Positions 8,926-17,770 of a stretch of 24,000 bases of DNA are shown here, in pieces; positions within the stretch are counted from its first letter, which is position 1; every line of letters starts with the position of its first letter. The notes beneath the pieces are model-generated. The model saw only the letters and a list, made by a program, of their open reading frames with translations. It searched no databases and had not been told where the DNA came from. The DNA comes from Candidatus Scatosoma sp. Lineage in GTDB: Bacteria > Bacillota > Clostridia > Christensenellales > Borkfalkiaceae. Position numbers and translations under genes: made by a program. Location: assembly GCA_045643825.1 (NCBI GenBank), contig JAZRFV010000084.1:47946-71945 (forward strand). The letters are read 5' to 3'.

Positions 8926-10503
8926 ATGTTACAGGTTACAGGGGTATCCCTTCAATTTGGCAGTAAAAAGTTGTTTGAAGACGTAAATTTGAAGTTTACG
9001 AAGGGAAACTGCTATGGTATCATTGGTGCAAACGGTGCAGGCAAATCTACCTTCTTAAAGGTACTTTCCGGGGAGCTTGAACCCCAAAAGGGTTTCGTTT
9101 CTTTGGACAAGAATGAACGTATGTCCGTTTTGCAACAAAACCAAAATATGTATGACAATGAAACGGTTTTGCGTACCGTTATGCTTGGTTACAAGCGTTT
9201 GGTCGAAATCATGGATGAAAAGGATGCTTTGTACGCAAAGCCTGACTTTTCGGAAGAAGATGGCGTTCGCGCAGCGGATTTGGAAAGCGAATTTGCTGAA
9301 ATGAACGGCTATGATGCGGAATTCCAAGCCGCACAGCTACTTAACGCATTGGATATTGGTGAAGAATACCACTATTCGTTGATGAGTGATTTGGATGCAA
9401 AGCAAAAGGTGCGTGTATTGCTTGCACAGGCATTGTTCGGCGATCCTGACGTATTGCTTTTGGACGAGCCTACCAACAACCTTGACATTAAAACGGTTAG
9501 ATGGCTTGAAAACTATTTGATGGACTTTGAAAATACCATCATTATCGTTTCCCACAACCGTCACTTCCTTAATAAAGTATGTACCAACATTTGCGACGTT
9601 GACTTTGGTAAAATCAACATGTACGTTGGTAACTACGATTTCTGGTATCAAACCAGCCAATTGCTTGCGCGTCAACAAAAGGACCAAAACAAGAAAGCAG
9701 AGCAAAGAGCGAAGGAATTGCAAGAATTTATTGCGCGTTTCGCGGCAAACGCGTCCAAGTCTCGTCAGGCTACCTCGCGTAAGAAAGAGCTTGAAAAGCT
9801 TACGATTAACGACTTTAAGCCGTCCCTTCGTAAATATCCCTTCATTGATTTCAAGTTTGAAAAAGACATTGGCAACGATATCCTTATCGTAGAGGACTTG
9901 ACCAAGGAAGGTTACTTTGAAAAGGTTTCCTTCAGTGTTCAGCGTGATGAAAAAATCGGTATCGTATCCGATAAGAGTACCACTCTTACGATGCTCTACG
10001 ATATTTTGATGGGTAAAGAACAGCCCGACTCTGGTACGGTGAAGTGGGGTAAAACGATTTCCGTTTCCTATTTCCCTCAAAACAACAACGATTACTTCAT
10101 GGGTTGCGACTTGAACTTGGTGGAATGGCTTTCGCAATACTCCAACGACCATTTCGAAGAATATCTTCGTGGTTGGCTGGGTAGAATGCTTTTCTCGGGC
10201 GAAGAAGCGTTGAAGAAGGCAAAGGTGCTTTCCGGTGGCGAAAAGGTACGCTGTATGCTTGCTAAAATGATGCTTGAGGGCAGCAATTTCCTTATTTTTG
10301 ACGAACCGACCAACCACCTTGATCTCGAATCGATTACCGCACTTAACAATGGTTTAAGCAATTATAAGGGCTGTATGTTGTTGACCTCGCACGACCAAGA
10401 ATTGATGAATACCGTTGCAAACCGTATTATCGAAATCAACGATAAGAAGACCTACGATAGACCTGTTACCTACGACGAATATATCGACGAAACACATTCT
10501 TAA
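8926..10503 (+). CDS. ABC-F family ATPase (YbiT/YkpA-like)
   Basis: Two ABC domains: GANGAGKST...LLLDEPTNNLD and VLSGGEKVRCMLAKMML...FDEPTNHLDLES. No transmembrane segments. Confidence 0.93.
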   Translation: MLQVTGVSLQFGSKKLFEDVNLKFTKGNCYGIIGANGAGKSTFLKVLSGELEPQKGFVSLDKNERMSVLQQNQNMYDNETVLRTVMLGYKRLVEIMDEKDALYAKPDFSEEDGVRAADLESEFAEMNGYDAEFQAAQLLNALDIGEEYHYSLMSDLDAKQKVRVLLAQALFGDPDVLLLDEPTNNLDIKTVRWLENYLMDFENTIIIVSHNRHFLNKVCTNICDVDFGKINMYVGNYDFWYQTSQLLARQQKDQNKKAEQRAKELQEFIARFAANASKSRQATSRKKELEKLTINDFKPSLRKYPFIDFKFEKDIGNDILIVEDLTKEGYFEKVSFSVQRDEKIGIVSDKSTTLTMLYDILMGKEQPDSGTVKWGKTISVSYFPQNNNDYFMGCDLNLVEWLSQYSNDHFEEYLRGWLGRMLFSGEEALKKAKVLSGGEKVRCMLAKMMLEGSNFLIFDEPTNHLDLESITALNNGLSNYKGCMLLTSHDQELMNTVANRIIEINDKKTYDRPVTYDEYIDETHS

Positions 10504-10510
10504 TAGACAA

Positions 10511-10540
10511 AAAAAACCGTATGAACCCATACGGTTTTTT
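10511..10540 (+). terminator. Intrinsic terminator after ABC-F gene
   Basis: aaaaaACCGTATG-aacc-CATACGGTttttt, perfect stem with flanking A/T tracts. Confidence 0.9.
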
Positions 10541-10543
10541 ATT

Positions 10544-10552
10544 TTCGACAAA
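10544..10552 (-). promoter_or_regulatory. Possible Spo0A box (0A box)
   Basis: Reverse complement reads TTTGTCGAA, an exact match to the B. subtilis 0A-box consensus TTTGTCRAA. It lies about 80 bp upstream of the predicted -35 of the spo0A homolog. Confidence 0.35.
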
Positions 10553-10568
10553 TTTCGGGACGGATTAT

Positions 10569-10630
10569 CGATTATTTTACAATAATATACGATTATTTTA
10601 AAAATATTTTTGAATATTGTAAAATAATCG
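10569..10630. repeat. Perfect 16-bp inverted repeat with an extra 11-bp direct copy between the arms
   Basis: CGATTATTTTACAATA (10569-10584) and TATTGTAAAATAATCG (10615-10630), plus a copy of CGATTATTTTA at 10590-10600. The right arm ends 1 bp before the predicted -35. Confidence 0.85.
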
Positions 10631-10631
10631 C

Positions 10632-10660
10632 TTTACAAGTTGCAAATTATGTATTATAAT
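10632..10660 (+). promoter_or_regulatory. Predicted sigmaA promoter for the spo0A homolog
   Basis: TTTACA - 17 nt - TATAAT, followed by aaggagaac RBS and ATG 10703. Confidence 0.75.
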
Positions 10661-10702
10661 AGGGCTACCATATGGAAAAAACTTAACACAAGGAGAACTA
10701 TT

Positions 10703-11461
10703 ATGAGAACAAACACAGTTATTTTACTTGAATCGAATATGGCGGTATTATCGCAATTAAGGGATGCATTGAGCGAGGATCGAAACTTTAACGTTGTATA
10801 TGCAGGCGACGATGGCGATGAAGGAATCAAACAAATTCTTTCCTTGAAACCTGATTTGGTGATTGTAGGCATGATATTAAAGGGTACGGACGGCTGTGGT
10901 GTAATCCGTATGGTGAAAAAGACGTGGGCGAATGCTAAAATTATCGCTATGGGTATCCCCAACGATGCATTGGTGGAACGGGCGATGTCGGAAGGCGCAG
11001 CTTATTATCTTGGAAAACCGTTTTCCGTTTCTACGGCGATGGAACGTATCCAAGAGCTGATGAAGGATAAGCCCTCTAACGGAAAGGATACGGCGGTAAA
11101 GCGTAAGCCTATCACGATAGAGGAAAAGATAAGTGAAATTTTCATTGCAATCGGTATTCCTCCGCATATTAAAGGCTATGGTTATTTAAGGGAAGGTATT
11201 AAGGCGACGATTGAGCGCCCGTATATCATAAACAGTGTTACGAAAGAATTGTATCCGTCTATCGCAAAGAAATTTAGCACAACGCCGAGTAAGGTAGAAA
11301 GGGCGATTCGGCACGCAATCGAGGTTGCGTGGAATAGAGGTCGTATCGATGCAATTAACGCTATTTTTGGGGCAAGGATTTATCTTGGCGTGGAAAAGCC
11401 GACTAATAGCGAATTTATCGCCCTTGTTGCGGATAAACTTATTCTTGAAAATATGGTATAA
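10703..11461 (+). CDS. spo0A: Spo0A homolog with a degenerate receiver domain
   Basis: C-terminal Spo0A DNA-binding domain is well conserved (IGIPPHIKGYGYLREGI...ITKELYPSIAKKF-like, SKVERAIRHAIEVAWNRG, KPTNSEFIALVADKL). The receiver is degenerate: E10-S11, G56, K105. Start re-assigned from 10640 to ATG 10703 because of the RBS and promoter. Confidence 0.9.
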   Translation: MRTNTVILLESNMAVLSQLRDALSEDRNFNVVYAGDDGDEGIKQILSLKPDLVIVGMILKGTDGCGVIRMVKKTWANAKIIAMGIPNDALVERAMSEGAAYYLGKPFSVSTAMERIQELMKDKPSNGKDTAVKRKPITIEEKISEIFIAIGIPPHIKGYGYLREGIKATIERPYIINSVTKELYPSIAKKFSTTPSKVERAIRHAIEVAWNRGRIDAINAIFGARIYLGVEKPTNSEFIALVADKLILENMV

Positions 11462-11466
11462 AAATA

Positions 11467-11494
11467 AAAGGACAGCTTTAAAAAGCTGTCCTTT
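11467..11494. terminator. Bidirectional terminator between spo0A and groEL
   Basis: AAAGGACAGCTTT-aa-AAAGCTGTCCTTT, perfect 13-bp stem between convergent genes. Confidence 0.8.
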
Positions 11495-11515
11495 GCCATT
11501 ATTTTTCGGTTTTTA

Positions 11516-13448
<1,933 letters not shown>

Positions 13449-13466
13449 AAATTCCTCCGAAATTGC

Positions 13467-13483
13467 GCCGAGTAATGCTCGGC
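13467..13483. repeat. Short hairpin in the groES 5' leader
   Basis: GCCGAG-taatg-CTCGGC, located between the predicted promoter and the groES RBS (cggaggaatttatg). It does not match the CIRCE consensus. Confidence 0.5.
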
Positions 13484-13499
13484 TTTTATTTACCTTATT

Positions 13500-13527
13500 A
13501 TTATAAACATTTTTTTAGGATAATCAA
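13500..13527 (-). promoter_or_regulatory. Predicted sigmaA promoter for groES-groEL
   Basis: On the minus strand: TTGATT - 16 nt - TATAAT. Confidence 0.6.
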
Positions 13528-13609
13528 ACAAAAAAAGTGGAAAAAAGAGGAAAAATTTTTATACGGGACAAAAAATGCGACGAAAGGGACGAAAAAGCCT
13601 TTGAAAGTA

Positions 13610-13638
13610 TTGCATTTTAATAAAAATTGTGTTATAAT
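13610..13638 (+). promoter_or_regulatory. Predicted sigmaA promoter for the deaminase (and possibly the downstream run of genes)
   Basis: TTGCAT - 17 nt - TATAAT, followed by aaaaggagg and ATG 13678. Confidence 0.65.
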
Positions 13639-13677
13639 TTATCCAGTATGTATAGCCGTAAAAGGAGGAGTGTTTTT

Positions 13678-14136
13678 ATGGGAATGAATAAATGGGATAA
13701 ACGTTTTATGGCTTTGACGGAAACGGTGGCTACGTGGTCGAGCTGTTATCAGGAAAACCGTCACGTTGGTGCGATTATTGTAAAAGATAAGCGCGTATTG
13801 ACTACGGGGTATAATGGCGCACCTGCAGGTATCAAAAGTTGCGAAGAAAAAGGGGAATGCTTACGCCGTAAGCTGAATATTGCAAGCGGGACGAAGCACG
13901 AGCTTTGTTTTGCTGTTCACGCGGAACAAAATGCTATTATTCAGGCGGCTCGTTCTGGTATTAATATCAGCGGTGCAACCCTTTATTGTACGCATCAGCC
14001 TTGCGTTATATGCGCAAAAATCATTATCAACGCAGGCATTACGCGCGTTGTATATAAAAATGGTTATCCTGACGAATTCTCTTTGCAATTGTTTGAAGAA
14101 GCAAAGGTACTCGTTGAGAAATATGAAGAAGAATAA
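13678..14136 (+). CDS. dCMP deaminase / ComEB-like cytidine-deoxycytidylate deaminase
   Basis: Zinc-binding motifs HAEQNAII and PCVICAK, plus GYNGAPAG. Start re-assigned from 13627 to ATG 13678 because of the RBS. Confidence 0.88.
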   Translation: MGMNKWDKRFMALTETVATWSSCYQENRHVGAIIVKDKRVLTTGYNGAPAGIKSCEEKGECLRRKLNIASGTKHELCFAVHAEQNAIIQAARSGINISGATLYCTHQPCVICAKIIINAGITRVVYKNGYPDEFSLQLFEEAKVLVEKYEEE

Positions 14137-14148
14137 GAGGTATATATT

Positions 14149-14670
14149 ATGAGCAATCCTATCGTTACTTTTGAAATGGAAAACGGTAAAACCTTTAAGG
14201 CGGAGCTTTACCCTGAAAAAGCGCCTAATACGGTAAACAACTTTTTGTCGTTGGTAAACAAGGGTTTCTATAATGGCGTAATCTTTCACCGCGTTATCGC
14301 AGGTTTTATGATTCAAGGTGGTGATCCCGACGGTATGGGTACGGGTGGTCCTGGTTATCGTATCAAGGGAGAATTCTCGGGTAACGGCTTTACGCAAAAC
14401 GACATCGCGCACGAAAGAGGTGTTTTGTCGATGGCTCGTGCACAACATCCCGACTCTGCTGGTTCGCAATTCTTCGTTATGCATGATGATGCGGAATATT
14501 TGGATGGACAATATGCTGCATTCGGCCGTGTAATTGAAGGCATGGAAACGGTGGACGAAATCGCAAATATTAAGACGGATTGGTATGATAAACCTTACGA
14601 AGAACAAAAGATGAAATCCGTTACGGCGGAAACCTTTGGCGTAGAGTACGCGGAACCTATCAAAGCGTAA
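14149..14670 (+). CDS. ppiB: Cyclophilin-type peptidyl-prolyl cis-trans isomerase
   Basis: FHRVIAGFMIQGGDPDGMGTGGPGY ... GSQFFVMHDDAEYLDGQYAAFGRV. Confidence 0.95.
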   Translation: MSNPIVTFEMENGKTFKAELYPEKAPNTVNNFLSLVNKGFYNGVIFHRVIAGFMIQGGDPDGMGTGGPGYRIKGEFSGNGFTQNDIAHERGVLSMARAQHPDSAGSQFFVMHDDAEYLDGQYAAFGRVIEGMETVDEIANIKTDWYDKPYEEQKMKSVTAETFGVEYAEPIKA

Positions 14671-14680
14671 GAGGTATACG

Positions 14681-16117
14681 ATGGTTGATTACAGCGTTTA
14701 TACAAATCCCTTAATGACTCGTTATGCTAGCAAGGAAATGCAGCACGCTTTTTCCGACGAAAAACGTTTTAAGCTTTGGAGAAAACTGTGGGTGGCGCTT
14801 GCCGAAGCAGAAATGGAGCTTGGCCTAAACGTCACGCAGGAGCAGGTGGACGAATTGAAACAATACGCGGACGATATCGATTACGAATTGGCTGCTAAAT
14901 TTGAAAGAGAAGTTCGTCACGACGTTATGGCGCACGTACACGCTTATGGCGAATATGCGAAAAAAGCAATGCCCATTATTCACTTGGGTGCAACGAGCTG
15001 TTTTGTAAATTGCAACGCCGAAGCGATTATGTTGGACGAAGCATTGGATATTATCTTGAAAAAGCTCGTCAACGTAATGGATAAGCTGAAGAAATTTGCA
15101 TTGCAATATAAAGACTTGCCTACGCTTGGCTTTACCCATTTACAGCCTGCACAATTGACCACTGTTGGCAAAAGAGCAACGCTTTGGTTACAGGATTTGG
15201 AGATGGATTATATCAACCTTATCCACGCCAAAGAAACGATTAAGTTGCGTGGTGTAAAGGGTACAACGGGTACGCAAGCAAGCTTTTTAGAGCTTTTCAA
15301 CGGTGACGAGGAAAAGGTTAAGGAATTGCAAAAGCGTGTTGTTGCAAAAATGGGTTACGACAAGGTATATGGCGTTACGGGGCAAACATACCCTCGTAAG
15401 CTTGATTACAATATTTTGTGCGTATTGTCGCAAATCGCCCAAAGTGCTTATAAATTCTCTAATGATATTCGTATTTTACAAAATATGAAAGAGATTGAGG
15501 AGCCGTTTGCAAAGAAACAAATCGGTTCGTCGGCGATGGCATATAAACGCAATCCTATGCGTTCTGAACGAATCGGTGCATTGGCAAGATACGTAATTTC
15601 TTTGCCTATGAACAGCGCTTTGACGGCTTCTACGCAATGGTTTGAAAGAACCTTGGATGATTCGGCAAACCGCCGTATTGTAAACGCGCAGGCCTTCTTG
15701 GGGGTAGATGCCATTTTGAACGTATATATGGACGTTGCGGATAACCTTGTGGTTTATGAAAAGGTAATCGAAAAGCATATCCGTGCAGAGCTTCCATTTA
15801 TGGCAACGGAAAATATTATGATGGAATGCGTGAAGGCTGGCGGTAACCGTCAAGAATTGCACGAACGTATCCGCGTTTTATCCATGGAGGCAGGTAAAAC
15901 CGTAAAGGTAGAAGGTGAAGATAATAACCTTATAGACCTTATCAAGCAAGATGAAATGTTCCGACCTGTTTGGGATCATTTGGGTGATATTCTTGACGGG
16001 AAAAACTTTATCGGTAGGGCTCCTTCGCAAACGGTTGAATTTATCGAGGAAGAAATCGATCCCATTTTAAATAAGCATGCGGATTTGCTTGGTGAAAAGG
16101 GTGACGTTCGTTTATAA
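14681..16117 (+). CDS. purB: Adenylosuccinate lyase
   Basis: Signature region GSSAMAYKRNPMRSE, HLGATSCFVNCNAE, THLQPAQLTTVGKR. Confidence 0.96.
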   Translation: MVDYSVYTNPLMTRYASKEMQHAFSDEKRFKLWRKLWVALAEAEMELGLNVTQEQVDELKQYADDIDYELAAKFEREVRHDVMAHVHAYGEYAKKAMPIIHLGATSCFVNCNAEAIMLDEALDIILKKLVNVMDKLKKFALQYKDLPTLGFTHLQPAQLTTVGKRATLWLQDLEMDYINLIHAKETIKLRGVKGTTGTQASFLELFNGDEEKVKELQKRVVAKMGYDKVYGVTGQTYPRKLDYNILCVLSQIAQSAYKFSNDIRILQNMKEIEEPFAKKQIGSSAMAYKRNPMRSERIGALARYVISLPMNSALTASTQWFERTLDDSANRRIVNAQAFLGVDAILNVYMDVADNLVVYEKVIEKHIRAELPFMATENIMMECVKAGGNRQELHERIRVLSMEAGKTVKVEGEDNNLIDLIKQDEMFRPVWDHLGDILDGKNFIGRAPSQTVEFIEEEIDPILNKHADLLGEKGDVRL

Positions 16118-16126
16118 GAGGAAATT

Positions 16127-16291
16127 ATGAAGAAAAATACATTACAATACATTGCCATTGGGTTGTTGACTTTAGGTATTGCAATTTTGTTGGGTGTTGG
16201 CATTTGGCTTGGCGTATCGGGTTCGAAGGACGTGCCTACTCCTCCTACCAGCTCCGAATACGACGATGGCGAATGGACAAATAATTATTGA
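16127..16291 (+). CDS. 54-aa single-pass membrane/secreted small protein of unknown function
   Basis: Manual translation: MKKNTLQYIAIGLLTLGIAILLGVGIWLGVSGSKDVPTPPTSSEYDDGEWTNNY*. RBS aagaggaaatt. It sits between purB and the kinase-like gene, with its stop 3 nt before the next ATG. Confidence 0.65.
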   Translation: MKKNTLQYIAIGLLTLGIAILLGVGIWLGVSGSKDVPTPPTSSEYDDGEWTNNY

Positions 16292-16294
16292 TTT

Positions 16295-17032
16295 ATGATA
16301 TACGAAATTGCAGGGCTTCGCGTTAAAATTGAAAATCAGTACGATTTCACCACGAAGTTTTGCCACGAATATCTTTCAGAGGATCAAACCTCGCCCGTGG
16401 ATATCGTTGCAAAGGTTACGGCGGAGGAATTTGCGGCCGAAAGAGCCACCTCTGAAGCGTTTTCGGATGGATATATTGAAAATATATGCCTGTATCGTAG
16501 CTTGTGTAATCAAATCCCCGTGTTGGGGCGGATGTTGTTACATTGCGCCGTGTTAGAATATGATGGAAAGGGTTACGCCTTTTTAGGCCGTAGTGGGACA
16601 GGGAAATCCACACATACCCGCCTTTGGAAAAAGTATTTGGGCACCCCGAGGATGATTAACGGTGATAAGCCGATTTTACAATTCATCGGGGAAGGCTTTC
16701 TTGCCCATGGAACTCCTTGGCGAGGTAAAGAGTCGTGGGGGATTCGTTCGTTTGCACCCCTTTGTGGACTTTGCTTTTTAGAACAGGCGAAGGAAAACTC
16801 TATACGAAGGTTAACGTCTTCCGAGGTTTCTGCTCGTTTGTTTGGGCAAATTCTTTTACCGGAAGAGGAAGAAAACGTTGTTTCCACGTTAGAGCTTGCG
16901 GATAAATTGATTGCAACAACTCCTGCATATTTATTGAAGTGCGACATTTCAAAAGAAGCTGTAAAGCTGTCGTTCGAGCAATTGACAGGCTTGTCGTTTG
17001 AAGAAAGGGAACAATCCCTTGAAGAGGTATAG
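16295..17032 (+). CDS. HPr-kinase-like / PEPCK-fold serine kinase-like protein
   Basis: P-loop GRSGTGKSTHTRLW, then MINGDKPILQFIG...AHGTPWRGKE...APLCGLCFLEQAKENSI, typical of the HPr-kinase-like family paired with PqqD proteins. Confidence 0.85.
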   Translation: MIYEIAGLRVKIENQYDFTTKFCHEYLSEDQTSPVDIVAKVTAEEFAAERATSEAFSDGYIENICLYRSLCNQIPVLGRMLLHCAVLEYDGKGYAFLGRSGTGKSTHTRLWKKYLGTPRMINGDKPILQFIGEGFLAHGTPWRGKESWGIRSFAPLCGLCFLEQAKENSIRRLTSSEVSARLFGQILLPEEEENVVSTLELADKLIATTPAYLLKCDISKEAVKLSFEQLTGLSFEEREQSLEEV

Positions 17033-17034
17033 AT

Positions 17035-17298
17035 ATGAAGATTAAAAAAGGCTTTGTTCTCCGTGTGGTTGGTGGCGAAAACGTCGTTGTGCCCGTTGGC
17101 GCAATGAGTAAAACCTTCCATGGTATGATTAATCTCAATGAAACGGGGGCTTTTATGTGGAAGTTTTTCTCCGAGGAGCATACCTTGGAAGAAGGTGTTG
17201 CCGCATTGCTGTCGGAATATGAGGTGGAAGAGGATCGTGCTCGCGCTGACGTTCAAAAATTCATGGATGCAATCATGGGGAACGGTTTTGCTGAATAA
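17035..17298 (+). CDS. PqqD-like peptide-binding (RRE-type) protein
   Basis: 87 aa. GFVLRVVGGENVVVPVG...FHGMINLNETGAFMWKFFSEEHTLEEGVAALLSEYEVEEDRARADVQKFM matches the PqqD winged-helix pattern. Confidence 0.85.
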   Translation: MKIKKGFVLRVVGGENVVVPVGAMSKTFHGMINLNETGAFMWKFFSEEHTLEEGVAALLSEYEVEEDRARADVQKFMDAIMGNGFAE

Positions 17299-17768
17299 TG
17301 GAACAAATTGAAAAGCAAACAATTGAAGAGGTATTGTTATCACACGGAAAATATGTCGGACCTACGGTTGGTGTCAGTATGCTACCGATGTTGAAAAATC
17401 GTCGCGATACCATTGTTGTGTTGGCAAAAACGGAGCGATTGAAGCGCCTGGATGTAGCATTATATCGCCGTGGAGATGCCTATATTTTACACCGTGTATT
17501 GCAACCGATTGAAGGTGGATATATCATTCGAGGTGATAATTGCTACTCCGACGAGAAGGTGCCTGAAAACGCCGTTATCGGCGTTTTATCAGAATTTTTC
17601 CGCAAGGGAAAGCATTTCTACTGTACGGATAAAAAGTACCTTAAATACGCGGAAAAACGCTTAAAAACCTATAAAGTAAGACGTTTTTTTGTCTTGTTAA
17701 AGGCGAGATGTAGGAACGGTGCAAAGCGTGTCCTTTACGCGTTTGGTTTAAGAAAGAAGAGAAAATAA
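17298..17768 (+). CDS. S24/S26-like peptidase (signal-peptidase-like)
   Basis: TVGVSMLPMLKNRRDTIVV...RLDVALYRRGDAYILHRVLQPIEGGYIIRGDNC, with a Ser in GxSM and an HRV motif. Start codon overlaps the pqqD-like stop (TAATG). Confidence 0.78.
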   Translation: MEQIEKQTIEEVLLSHGKYVGPTVGVSMLPMLKNRRDTIVVLAKTERLKRLDVALYRRGDAYILHRVLQPIEGGYIIRGDNCYSDEKVPENAVIGVLSEFFRKGKHFYCTDKKYLKYAEKRLKTYKVRRFFVLLKARCRNGAKRVLYAFGLRKKRK

Positions 17769-17770
17769 CG

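Noticed and set aside
9337-10317. 326-aa minus-strand ORF opposite the ABC-F gene
   Set aside because: Antisense shadow of a clearly coding ABC-F gene, with no domain signature.
13861-14607. 248-aa minus-strand ORF opposite the deaminase and cyclophilin genes
   Set aside because: Antisense to two genes with clear catalytic motifs. It has no motif of its own.
16573-17343. 256-aa minus-strand ORF opposite the kinase-like and PqqD-like genes
   Set aside because: It spans the antisense of two overlapping, well-supported genes with family motifs. Its composition looks like a shadow ORF.
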